Assembly: GCA_964203875.1 (NCBI GenBank)
Contig: CAXNNS010000001.1
Coordinates: forward strand, 380,244 to 412,243
From: Polynucleobacter sp.
GTDB taxonomy: Bacteria > Pseudomonadota > Gammaproteobacteria > Burkholderiales > Burkholderiaceae
Reading direction: 5' to 3'
DNA: 32,000 bases
Below are positions 8,273-17,035 of the stretch, piece after piece. The first letter of the stretch is position 1. Each line of letters opens with the position of its first letter. Under the pieces are notes generated by a model. That model searched no databases and was not told the origin of the DNA. It saw only the letters and a list, made by a program, of their open reading frames with translations. The translations under genes and the position numbers were made by a program.

Positions 8273-8863
8273 ATGCGCGACGCTGTAGACAACATAATTA
8301 CTCTGATTGGCAACAAAAAAATTGACTGGCTAGCTAAAGAGATGCATGAGCGCATTTGGGCAGAACATACCAAAAATGATTCTTACTATGACTACACAAG
8401 CATTGGAAAAGCCCTATATGGAAGATCAGATAATGAAGCTGAACTAGGTGAAGAGGAAATAAGCTCTGACTGGGTTTGCATAGCCGAAGGATTTGACGGG
8501 GGTGACTTGAGGTTTGATTCCTGCGGCATTCCGCCATACAGACTACAGGATCATATCCTCATGCATGCCGCAAAACTAGACCCGAATGTAATTGTTGGCA
8601 TGGTTTACCAACATGAAAATGATTACTTTGTTGGCGCTAGATATACTGCCTTAAAAGATGGGGCAATTTGTAGTTGCGAAGAAAGACTTGAAACCTATAA
8701 CTATCGAGTTGTAGATGAGGATGAGCTTGAAGACCTAATCGAAGAGCTCAAGGCAGATGAAAGTGATGATGTTGCAATTTCTCGCGATGATTATTGGGCA
8801 TTAAAGCAAGAGCAAAATCAAATTGCTTTGCGCGATCTAAAGGAAACAGTAAATCGCAAATAA
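8273..8863 (+). CDS. hypothetical acidic protein
   Basis: 196-aa ORF with an ATG start and a very acidic C-terminal part (DEDELEDLIEELKADESDDV). I recognise no family. Confidence 0.6.
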   Translation: MRDAVDNIITLIGNKKIDWLAKEMHERIWAEHTKNDSYYDYTSIGKALYGRSDNEAELGEEEISSDWVCIAEGFDGGDLRFDSCGIPPYRLQDHILMHAAKLDPNVIVGMVYQHENDYFVGARYTALKDGAICSCEERLETYNYRVVDEDELEDLIEELKADESDDVAISRDDYWALKQEQNQIALRDLKETVNRK

Positions 8864-8865
8864 TC

Positions 8866-9015
8866 TTATAAGGCTGCCAACTGTTTCTGCCCTGCAGCAA
8901 TCTTCTGTCTAGCTCGCTCAGCTCGAACAGCCTCTTGGGCACGCTTGACCTGTGCTTGCATGGCCTTGATTCGCTGTTGCTCTGGCGTTGGTGTTGTGAC
9001 TTCTGTGATCTTCAT
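8866..9015 (-). CDS. possible 49-aa coiled-coil ORF (below the ORF-track cutoff)
   Basis: Hand translation gives MKITEVTTPTPEQQRIKAMQAQVKRAQEAVRAERARQKIAAGQKQLAAL. Its start overlaps the upstream ORF's stop (TAATG). Confidence 0.25.
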   Translation of the reverse strand: MKITEVTTPTPEQQRIKAMQAQVKRAQEAVRAERARQKIAAGQKQLAAL

Positions 9016-9167
9016 TAGCCATTCCCAATCTGTGTTGGAATACTGATTACATTCGCAGCGCCAAATTGGGCTTGGAGTATTTTTGTGGCGAAGTTGGTGT
9101 TTTCAGCAAATACGATAGTGGTTACAACCATCCCACTTGCTCTAACAGTTGCTCTAAATTGTTTCAT
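9015..9167 (-). CDS. possible 50-aa ORF (below the ORF-track cutoff)
   Basis: Hand translation gives MKQFRATVRASGMVVTTIVFAENTNFATKILQAQFGAANVISIPTQIGNG. No clear Shine-Dalgarno sequence. Lies just downstream of integrase 1 and hairpin copy 1. Confidence 0.25.
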   Translation of the reverse strand: MKQFRATVRASGMVVTTIVFAENTNFATKILQAQFGAANVISIPTQIGNG

Positions 9168-9181
9168 ATAGGTATTTATGG

Positions 9182-9200
9182 GCGTCCAGCAACTAGACGC
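9182..9200. repeat. island palindrome, copy 1 (inverted orientation)
   Basis: gcgtccagcaactagacgc is the exact reverse complement of the copies at 23929 and 25647. The stem is extended by a flanking gg/cc pair. Confidence 0.7.
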
Positions 9201-9207
9201 CCAATTC

Positions 9208-10233
9208 TTAGATTAATACCTTCAAAATTACGTCGCGCTTTTGCTCGAGTGTATAACCTACAGTCCCATACATATTAAATTCACTGCCACCACTGCTATG
9301 CCCTGTAATGCTTTCTGCAAGACGTGTTGGTATGTCATTGCGAGCCTTCATCCTATCAATGATTGCGTGCCTAAACATATGGCTCTTAAAGTCAAATTCC
9401 TTTAATGTTTTTTTAATAATTTGTGAGCAACTTGAATTGCCATTGTCTCTCGCATAATGCGGCACAAACCACTCACTGCTTTTCTTTTTTGCAATCTTAT
9501 AAAGCTCTTTTGCAGCATCTAATGACACACCGCATAGCGGCACGGCTCTAATGCTGGACTTGGTTTTTCTATCACTTAAAGCATTTCGCCTAATCCACAA
9601 GTGCGGAATGTCATGATCTAAGACGCAATCGTCTAGTCTGGCAAACAAGGGCTCGCTTAGTCTAAATCCAGTATTAAGCTGAATTAAGGCAACCAACTTG
9701 TGTGGGGTTGAGTTCTTTAACAAATGCTCTTTTACTTGTTGTATCAACTGGGAGGTAATGATTGGCATTGAACGCTTTGTTTCGCCTTCACCCCTAATTT
9801 TCAATGCTCTAAATGGACTTAGCCTATCTATATCTAAATGTTTAAATGCGACATTGAGCATAGCGTTAAGCGTGTTGTTGTGTTTGCGAATACTGGTAGG
9901 GCTTAAACCCCTATTTAACTGATAGTCGCGATACTCTGTAATGTGCCAATGCTTGAGCTCATCTAAAGTTAAATCCCCAAAGAATTCCTTAAAGCTACGA
10001 AAGTGATAGTTTGCATGTTTAACAAATGTAGGGCGATGAGAGGATTTAGCTTCGTGCATATAAATCTCAAAAGCATCTGTAATTGTGGGTAGCCTGCCAC
10101 TTTTCTGTTTAGCCAAATGTTCGCTAATAACTTTAGCAATGAACTCTTCTTCAAAATTCATGCCATTGATATTTATTAAACGTTCTACTTTGTCAAAGAC
10201 GATTGGGTGAGGTTTTATTACGATTGCTCGCAT
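9208..10233 (-). CDS. tyrosine recombinase / integrase (Int1)
   Basis: 341-aa ORF with catalytic residues in NTGFRLSE (Arg), HMFRHAIID (His-x-x-Arg) and GHSSGG...YGTVGY (His, Tyr). Confidence 0.85.
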   Translation of the reverse strand: MRAIVIKPHPIVFDKVERLININGMNFEEEFIAKVISEHLAKQKSGRLPTITDAFEIYMHEAKSSHRPTFVKHANYHFRSFKEFFGDLTLDELKHWHITEYRDYQLNRGLSPTSIRKHNNTLNAMLNVAFKHLDIDRLSPFRALKIRGEGETKRSMPIITSQLIQQVKEHLLKNSTPHKLVALIQLNTGFRLSEPLFARLDDCVLDHDIPHLWIRRNALSDRKTKSSIRAVPLCGVSLDAAKELYKIAKKKSSEWFVPHYARDNGNSSCSQIIKKTLKEFDFKSHMFRHAIIDRMKARNDIPTRLAESITGHSSGGSEFNMYGTVGYTLEQKRDVILKVLI

Positions 10234-10308
10234 AGTTTTCCTTATTAAAGTAAAGTTGGATTACTGGGCGAATGAGGGATTGTGTATAAAACAATCCCTC
10301 CAACCAAC

Positions 10309-10752
10309 TTACCTCTTAAATCCACTACGCAAACTGCTACTAGCTATTTCAATTTGACTATCTAGTTCGCCAGCTTCAACTGCTTGCTTGATGGCAGAAA
10401 GAGCTTTTACAAGCTCTTCGCCACTGGATACCTCAACACTGGGCTTGCCTTTAGCAAGCTCTATAGTCCAACTACCATATTTAACTGATACGCAGACTTT
10501 GCCTTGTTCAGACTGAAACCACCAAGGCTTAATTCTTTTTGGCACTTCAACTTGTTTTCGCAGACCCGTTTCAGGATCTTTTACGGAGCGATATTTCATA
10601 ACAACAAAGGGCTTGCCATCCATTTGGCTTTGCGCCAAATTTATTTGCTCCCAAAGTTTGCTCGCCAGCTTATTTCTACGGATCACTATTGCAGGCATAT
10701 TGCGCGGCTTTTTAACTGCAACTAACTTCAAACTATTTAATACTGTGCTCAT
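10309..10752 (-). CDS. hypothetical protein
   Basis: 147-aa ORF with an ATG start and a GGAG-like sequence upstream. Basic N-terminus. I recognise no family. Confidence 0.6.
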   Translation of the reverse strand: MSTVLNSLKLVAVKKPRNMPAIVIRRNKLASKLWEQINLAQSQMDGKPFVVMKYRSVKDPETGLRKQVEVPKRIKPWWFQSEQGKVCVSVKYGSWTIELAKGKPSVEVSSGEELVKALSAIKQAVEAGELDSQIEIASSSLRSGFKR

Positions 10753-11126
10753 TTCATTCTCCTATGTAGTTAATGGGCACATTTAGTTTGTTTTCGATCA
10801 CGCATTTTGGTCGACCTCTTTTTAGGTTTATCCACAAAACACCTCATTTTTGCCAAGAAAAATAGGGGTTTTCTTTGTCAGGACTAAATACTTTTGCGAG
10901 TTGCTTGGTTACAAAGTTTGGTCGCAAGAAATAAAAGTAGTTGCGTGAGTTGGTTGCTAAGGAGTTACTGGAGTGGCAAATGAGTAACTCTGACTAGCGA
11001 CTACGTTTGCAACATCTCTTTTGAGATCTGCAACACAACTCCTTGCAACGATCTTTTGATCTCTACTCCTTTGTAACCAGCACAACACGCAACGAGAACT
11101 CAATCTATTTGAACAAGGAGAACGAT

Positions 11127-11576
11127 ATGAGAGAAATAGCAGTTAGAGGTTTTATTAATGAGAAATTCAACACCACCTTTGGCAAGGGTCTATTTAGGCG
11201 GGCTGTCTTTAATGGGTCAGTGGAATTACACAACCCAAATCAGAAATATCTAGTGGATTACTTTTCTTATCTAGAGTGGGAAGCTCAAGCTAAATCAGAT
11301 AAGCAAATTGAAGCAACAATTCAATTAACAAATTCAGGCATTGCTCAAGAAGACGAGATGCTCTTTTCATGGTTAGTGCATTACGACCCATTAACTAAAT
11401 CTAAAGAGCGGGCAGATGGCTATAGCGTGTATTCCCCAAATACACGTGAGTTATTCATAAAAATCGATGATCCCTCAAATCAAACAATTGATGAATGGAC
11501 TTTAAATGTTCACAACTGCAAAGCTACAGGCGCTAATAAGCCCGTGTTTATTGCTGCAAACGTTGATTTAACTTAA
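11127..11576 (+). CDS. hypothetical protein
   Basis: I place the start at the ATG at 11127, which is preceded by AAGGAG. The track's TTG start at 11043 lies within the repeat-rich intergenic region. Confidence 0.55.
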   Translation: MREIAVRGFINEKFNTTFGKGLFRRAVFNGSVELHNPNQKYLVDYFSYLEWEAQAKSDKQIEATIQLTNSGIAQEDEMLFSWLVHYDPLTKSKERADGYSVYSPNTRELFIKIDDPSNQTIDEWTLNVHNCKATGANKPVFIAANVDLT

Positions 11577-11632
11577 CGCATTAACTACCCCCCTCAAAAA
11601 CCGCCTATACGCTACGATCTTGTGACATCACA

Positions 11633-11651
11633 GCGTCTAGTTGCTAGACGC
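11633..11651. repeat. island palindrome, copy 2
   Basis: gcgtctag-ttg-ctagacgc forms a perfect 8-bp stem. Confidence 0.7.
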
Positions 11652-11895
11652 TACGCAAACTGCATACAAGCTGGATTTGAGGGGTTATTTACAGTCTGTC
11701 GTCTAAATCCCACGATCTTCATGGGAACCACGGTTTTAAACACTAAATACTTGTTTGAAAAAGCACCAAAGAAAAGTGCAGTTTTCTTTAAGTCATTGAT
11801 TTATGGAAGATCTTTTTTACTTAAATTTCGGTCGACCTTTTCTACAAAAGAAAACACACTTAAGCATGCTTTTTATTTAAATAAGGAACAACAAA

Positions 11896-12462
11896 ATGGC
11901 TCAAGCAAAAACTCTTACTCAAGCAGAATTAGATCAAGTTCTGCGTTTTGTCTCTACAAAAAAATATGCGCAGCGAGACCGCGCACTGATTCTCACCAGC
12001 TTTTGGTCAGGCATGCGTGTGGGAGAAATAGCCGCACTCAAAATGGGCGATGTAGTTAATGAAGATGGCACGATTAAAAAAGAAATTCGCTTAAGTGCAT
12101 CGCAAACTAAAGGTGGACATGCCAGAACGGTGTTTATTCCAGCCAAGCTACAAACTGAACTACAAATTTACTTGAGTACTCGCCATGCCAAATTACCGCA
12201 CTTGCCATTCTTTCACAGCGCCAATCGCTTAGGCTTTTCTGCTAATAGCCTATGTCAATGGTTCTTTTGGACTTACCGCGCCGCTGGAATTTCGGGAGCA
12301 AGTAGTCACTCTGGCAGAAGATCCTTTCTGACTTCTCTGGCAAACAAAGGAATTGGCGTAAGAATACTGGCCAGCTTGGCAGGGCATAGATCAATAGCCG
12401 TAACGATGAAATATTTAGATGCTAACGATGATATGAAGAGAAACGCCGTAGAGCTTATTTAA
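11896..12462 (+). CDS. minimal tyrosine recombinase, catalytic domain only (Int2)
   Basis: 188-aa ORF with an ATG start and an AAGGAA sequence upstream. Catalytic residues lie in WSGMRVGE, HSGRRSF and LAGHRSIAVTMKYL. It lacks an N-terminal SAM-like or arm-binding domain. Confidence 0.8.
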   Translation: MAQAKTLTQAELDQVLRFVSTKKYAQRDRALILTSFWSGMRVGEIAALKMGDVVNEDGTIKKEIRLSASQTKGGHARTVFIPAKLQTELQIYLSTRHAKLPHLPFFHSANRLGFSANSLCQWFFWTYRAAGISGASSHSGRRSFLTSLANKGIGVRILASLAGHRSIAVTMKYLDANDDMKRNAVELI

Positions 12463-13210
12463 TTGGGGGTTTAATTGATGGGAATATTCCCCTCTCTGCA
12501 TTAGCAATTAAATTCTTAGCCTGAGCAAGATAGCGACTAACTGCAATAGTCATACGCCTTCTCTCAAGCGCGTCATCTATTTGATCCCCGTCAGTAGTTC
12601 TTGCCAACAAATCCAAATCAATTTTTGCTTTTTGACCAATCTCATAATTGCTCAATGTAGGATGCTCATTACGGATTTTCCAAACATTGAGTAGCATCTC
12701 TATGGTTGTCATGCGTATTTTGCTTTTAATAACTTGGCGCTTAGCTGTACTTTGCTCCCAAATATCTACGGGATCTCTACTTTCGTATGCCTTTTGCAAT
12801 GCTTTGCCAATTTGCCGTATTGCTGTCTGCCTACGCAACGTCAAAGGCACCTCAATAATCAATCTATCCTCATGAATACTAAGACGCTCTAATTGACGGC
12901 GCTCATCAACCACCTCAACCTTCTTTAGTTTTTTGCGCTCAGCAAATATTTTTCTGCCTTGACTTGCCCACCACTGGGCAAACGACTTCTTATCCACATC
13001 ACCAAAGTCCTTATAGAGATTTGCCAGCGCTCCTTTGCCTTGATTACGACAGCACAGCACGTATTCATCGCTTGCCTGCAAAGTCAAAAACCACCAATAA
13101 ATCGGTGTTTTCTTAGCCTCTCTAATTTCCTCATTTAACCCTAAGCCACGGCTAAAGCTCCCCCGAATGTGCTTATTAGGCAAAGGTTCGTGTTGGTCTA
13201 TGTCGTCCAT
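12455..13210 (-). CDS. hypothetical protein
   Basis: 251-aa ORF converging on Int2 with an 8-bp overlap. Charged and helical. I recognise no family. Confidence 0.6.
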   Translation of the reverse strand: MDDIDQHEPLPNKHIRGSFSRGLGLNEEIREAKKTPIYWWFLTLQASDEYVLCCRNQGKGALANLYKDFGDVDKKSFAQWWASQGRKIFAERKKLKKVEVVDERRQLERLSIHEDRLIIEVPLTLRRQTAIRQIGKALQKAYESRDPVDIWEQSTAKRQVIKSKIRMTTIEMLLNVWKIRNEHPTLSNYEIGQKAKIDLDLLARTTDGDQIDDALERRRMTIAVSRYLAQAKNLIANAERGIFPSIKPPIK

Positions 13211-13505
13211 TTGTTATCAAGAAAAAGTAATTAATGAATCTTACTACTTTTTACATACAACATTAGTTTCATTCTTTCCATTGATTTAACGATATGTGTT
13301 ATCACAAATTATTGTTATTTGATGTGTAGTTTCCCATTAAATGCAACAAGTCCATAATCCTTTATATCGTGATTCCTATCACCGCTCTTTAACAAACGAC
13401 GAGTTTTAACGCAGTAAGCGCCTTGCGGCGCCAGCAGTAGATTTTTGCTGCAACGCAATCCTGCAATGCAGCATTTTTAACGCCATTACTTATATAGGAG
13501 GACAT

Positions 13506-14315
13506 ATGGCACAAGTAATTACCGCAGTAAAAAACGCCTTTGTACCCAGCGCAGAAAACCTGGCTTTCGCAGGCGGACTGGTAACGCAGTTGGACAGCTT
13601 GGTCACCAAGCGTAAACAGTGGGAAACCACGGATTACAAAAAAGCCAACGAGGGTTTGTATAGCTTGTTAGCAAGCTGTCTTGATGTGTTCAATAGCAAG
13701 TTTGTAGATGCTAGTGACGAAGACAAAAAGACCTTGCGGGCTGAACTCAAGGCTCGCTTGACCGCAGACGGGGTTCGTGTGCAACGCAACACAACGACCT
13801 TGACCATGTTTGTGCGGTTTGTGTTTGGCAGTGATCGTAAGCGTGCACATGGCTACACCTATGTGCTCAAAGCAGCGATTTCTTATGACGTTACTGCGGC
13901 TAACTTGCCAAGCTGGATTGTTGAGCAAGGCGGCATTGAAGAAGTGCGCAAGCGCATGATTGTTTCAGAAGAAGCGCAGCAACGCAAAGCAGACTTGTCA
14001 GTAGCGCAAGCGCAAGTTAAGGCAAGCATTGAACAAGCAGTAGTAACGCCATTGGCAAAGCTACCAATGTCTGGGATTAGCGGGGAATATGCATTGCTTC
14101 TCGCCAAGCCAAATCCTGATGGCCTTGTGTCAATCGTAGGCGTGTTATCGGACATCAATGAAGCGTTTTATAACGCTTGCATCATCAAGATGGCCCGCAT
14201 TAAAGCTGCTGATAACGCACAGACCCTGGCACTAAGCAAAGAAGGTACTGATTTGTTAGCAAGCAAGGCTAGCAACGATGCCTTCATCAATCAACCCTTA
14301 GCAATCGCTGCTTAA
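13506..14315 (+). CDS. hypothetical protein (GC-richer than its neighbours)
   Basis: 269-aa ORF with a strong Shine-Dalgarno sequence (taggaggacatATG). I recognise no family. One 60-nt line inside it counted 50% GC. Confidence 0.65.
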   Translation: MAQVITAVKNAFVPSAENLAFAGGLVTQLDSLVTKRKQWETTDYKKANEGLYSLLASCLDVFNSKFVDASDEDKKTLRAELKARLTADGVRVQRNTTTLTMFVRFVFGSDRKRAHGYTYVLKAAISYDVTAANLPSWIVEQGGIEEVRKRMIVSEEAQQRKADLSVAQAQVKASIEQAVVTPLAKLPMSGISGEYALLLAKPNPDGLVSIVGVLSDINEAFYNACIIKMARIKAADNAQTLALSKEGTDLLASKASNDAFINQPLAIAA

Positions 14316-14372
14316 AGCACTCAACGGGGGCTTAGCCCTCGTTGTTGCCCCTCTTTTTAAGAAAGGAAATAT

Positions 14373-15062
14373 ATGAAAGTAGTTGAAAAATATCGGCCTA
14401 CTAATTTAGGCGAAGTAATTTACCCCAATGAGGCTGTAAGAACTCGCATTCAAGCATATATGTCTGGTCAGCTGGAAGGAAACCTTTTACTTTGGGGCCC
14501 AAACGGTACAGGCAAAACTAGTGTTGCAGACTTATTGCCTGCTTATATCGGCGGCAAAAGCGCTCAAGTTGATACTGACTTTAATGCAATTTTGAAACAC
14601 AAGGACTTAATGTCTTACCTAGGCAATAGTTGTCAGTTTGCCAGTTTGTGCGAGCAAAAGAAGCACTTTATGGTATTTCATGAGTTTGATAATGCAGAAG
14701 CAAATGTTCATGAGCTTTGGACAGCGATGGACAAGTATGCAAAAGACCTCATGGTGATCATTACTACTAATGATCCTATGCGAGTACACCCAAGTCTACG
14801 GTCGCGCTGTGATGAAATTCGCTTTCCTGCATTAAAAGCTAATCAAGTTTTACCGCGCTTTCAGAAGCTTCTTGCTGCCGAAGGTGTTCAAGTTCCCGAT
14901 CAACAAGCTTTGCACTACTTAAAGCAAATTGAGCATACGCCCGATTTGAGAAAGTATTTTGCTAAAGCAGATGAGCTAATTTACTTACAGAAGATGGGGG
15001 TTGCATTTCCAGCCGCACCTTCGGTTTCATTCAAACCTCAAGTTCGTTTCACAGTTGTTTAA
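14373..15062 (+). CDS. truncated RFC/clamp-loader-like AAA+ ATPase
   Basis: 229-aa ORF with an RFC box VEKYRPTNLGEV, Walker A LLLWGPNGTGKTS and an SRC motif SLRSRCDEIRF. Walker B is atypical (VFHEFDN). It lacks the C-terminal collar domain. Confidence 0.7.
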   Translation: MKVVEKYRPTNLGEVIYPNEAVRTRIQAYMSGQLEGNLLLWGPNGTGKTSVADLLPAYIGGKSAQVDTDFNAILKHKDLMSYLGNSCQFASLCEQKKHFMVFHEFDNAEANVHELWTAMDKYAKDLMVIITTNDPMRVHPSLRSRCDEIRFPALKANQVLPRFQKLLAAEGVQVPDQQALHYLKQIEHTPDLRKYFAKADELIYLQKMGVAFPAAPSVSFKPQVRFTVV

Positions 15063-15069
15063 CTAACTC

Positions 15070-15098
15070 ATCAAGCGTCTAGGCTCTAGACGCTTGAT
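15070..15098. repeat. island palindrome, copy 3 (long-stem variant)
   Basis: atcaagcgtctag-gct-ctagacgcttgat forms a 13-bp perfect stem 8 nt after the stop codon of the ATPase gene. Confidence 0.65.
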
Positions 15099-15132
15099 AA
15101 ATCCTCACACTTAATCATTGAAAGGCAACATC

Positions 15133-15447
15133 ATGAAAAACTTATCTAAAAACACTATTCCCCACACTTGCTTATTTGCTACTGTTACTCATTTTAAAAA
15201 AGCACAAGATGTCTTTGCAATAGAAGTAAAAAATGCCAAATACCGAGGCGCCACCTTTAGCGGCATTATTGAATTAGTAAACGGTTCAGACAGTATCCGT
15301 AAATTTAAGGGTGCCTACAGAGCTAACGCCAAGCTAGCTTGGTTTGGCCAAGAACTTAAAAAACGTAACCCCTTTATCAACTTATCAAACGCAGAAGTAA
15401 CACTACTGCCTAGCTATACAGGCGATGTTGTTGCCTGCTTGGGCTAA
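15133..15447 (+). CDS. hypothetical protein
   Basis: I prefer the ATG at 15133 (MKNLSKN). 104 aa. I recognise no family. Confidence 0.5.
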   Translation: MKNLSKNTIPHTCLFATVTHFKKAQDVFAIEVKNAKYRGATFSGIIELVNGSDSIRKFKGAYRANAKLAWFGQELKKRNPFINLSNAEVTLLPSYTGDVVACLG

Positions 15448-15469
15448 TTCAGCTTTGAAAGAAAAAGTC

Positions 15470-15805
15470 ATGTACTCTAAAAATTATCTTAAACACGCAC
15501 ATAGTCATTGCTTTGCAAATCGCACGGCAATTGAAAAAAGTTTTCTATGCGGCTGTTTTGAATGCTGCTCTATATTTTCAGCCTTGCAAGTAAAAAGCTG
15601 GATAGAAGAAAGAAAAGACAGGGCTGATACTGGATTATGTCCATATTGCGATATTGATAGCATTATCGGGGACTACAGTCATGAAATTAATAAGTCTTTT
15701 TTAAGCGCAATGAATAAGGAATTTTTTAATAGCGATTTATCCTCAGAGTGTGTTTGTTTTGAAAGTTTTGAGGAATTATTTAATAGCTATCAATCGTTAG
15801 GCTAA
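15470..15805 (+). CDS. Cys-rich (zinc-binding-like) small protein
   Basis: I prefer the ATG at 15470 (MYSKNYLK). It has CGCFECC...CPYCDIDSIIG motifs, suggesting a zinc ribbon. Confidence 0.55.
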   Translation: MYSKNYLKHAHSHCFANRTAIEKSFLCGCFECCSIFSALQVKSWIEERKDRADTGLCPYCDIDSIIGDYSHEINKSFLSAMNKEFFNSDLSSECVCFESFEELFNSYQSLG

Positions 15806-17011
15806 TTTCTCAGCATTCATCATGGGAGTAAGCTTGGAATAATGTCGCTCAATCATGCCAACACTAGTGCCCATTTGCCTAGCAAGAGTATGGATATCAA
15901 CCCCTCTTGCTAAGGCGAATGTGGCATAGGTATGACGTAAGCTATATAAGGTTCTGTTCTGACCACCGCCATCTACCCGCATATTGCTACGAACCATTAA
16001 GTTACGAAAGATATTTTCCATGTTGCTAATTTGCTCGCCTGTTGGCAAACGGAATATCACCGCATCAACCTTAGCCTCAATCACTGCGTTGAGCCCCGAG
16101 TAAGGCAACTTCTGCCACTTCATTACTCGCTCCAATACCTTCACTACAGCAGTTCTCGCTATCAAATATCTAGGGCCCGTTTTACCTGACACCCAAATCC
16201 TTAAGTATTTCTTCTCCCCAATCCAATGCCATTGCAAATGTTTCCACCTGAGCGGCAACGCCTCCGTTCCATGCCGAACACCTGTATTAACTAAAAACTC
16301 GATGTAATAGGCGCATAGCGTTCTCATCAATGCCGTTCTATCTGTATAGCTACTCTTTTGCCAAGTTTCTGTATAGCTGAGTAACTCTTTGATTTCTTCT
16401 GCAGTAAAGGCGGGGCGGGGCTGGCTCTTTTTGCCCTTGCTATCTAGTAATGGCACGGCTTGATTCAATCCAATATAACCACGATCACGAGCTAGATTGA
16501 TCACACGGATATAGGCGCTTGCGTGATTACGTTTAGTACTCGCCATGGGGGTCTTGCCCATCTCGCTAATACGCCAAGCCTCAAAGTCACCTAATAATTC
16601 ATTAGTAATTTGACCGATCTCATAATGCCCAAAAAAGGGAATGAGATATTTGTTGATGGCAAAGGCATAGTCACGATAGATGCGCTTGCCCAGCTTGTTA
16701 TGTAAAGCCTGCGCCATATTGGCAAGCTCATCTAAAGCAATCTGCTTAAAGGTTTTGGTCACAACCGCCAAGCCAGCACCAACTTTGACTTTGACAGTTT
16801 CGTAAATGGCCATTGCTTGGGTTTGGGCTAAATCAGCATCTTCCGTAGCAGTAGAGGCTGCGTGCCATTGCCCATTGGGCAACTTAAAGCGGCATTGCCA
16901 CTTATTACTTTTGGCGCGCCGAAACAGGGTTAATTCACCACGCAACAAAGAGATTGTTTTGGGTGATGCTTGGTTTGTATTGGCAGGAAAGAGGTATTGA
17001 AAGTTTTGCAA
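15797..17011 (-). CDS. tyrosine recombinase / phage-type integrase (Int3)
   Basis: 404-aa ORF. The start is TTG and no in-frame ATG is nearby, so the start is uncertain. Catalytic residues lie in NTGVRHGT, LYSLRHTYATF and MIERHYSK. Confidence 0.85.
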   Translation of the reverse strand: MQNFQYLFPANTNQASPKTISLLRGELTLFRRAKSNKWQCRFKLPNGQWHAASTATEDADLAQTQAMAIYETVKVKVGAGLAVVTKTFKQIALDELANMAQALHNKLGKRIYRDYAFAINKYLIPFFGHYEIGQITNELLGDFEAWRISEMGKTPMASTKRNHASAYIRVINLARDRGYIGLNQAVPLLDSKGKKSQPRPAFTAEEIKELLSYTETWQKSSYTDRTALMRTLCAYYIEFLVNTGVRHGTEALPLRWKHLQWHWIGEKKYLRIWVSGKTGPRYLIARTAVVKVLERVMKWQKLPYSGLNAVIEAKVDAVIFRLPTGEQISNMENIFRNLMVRSNMRVDGGGQNRTLYSLRHTYATFALARGVDIHTLARQMGTSVGMIERHYSKLTPMMNAEKLA

Positions 17012-17016
17012 GTTCG

Positions 17017-17035
17017 GCGTCTAGTTACTGGACGC
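17017..17035. repeat. island palindrome, copy 4
   Basis: gcgtctagttactggacgc has one loop substitution relative to the consensus. It lies 6 nt upstream of the Int3 start. Confidence 0.7.

Noticed and set aside
11622-12059. 145-aa ORF upstream of and overlapping the Int2 start
   Set aside because: It has a non-ATG start, no ribosome-binding site and a low-complexity Ser/Arg-rich product. It also overlaps the well-supported Int2 CDS in another frame. It is most likely non-coding intergenic sequence containing palindrome copy 2.
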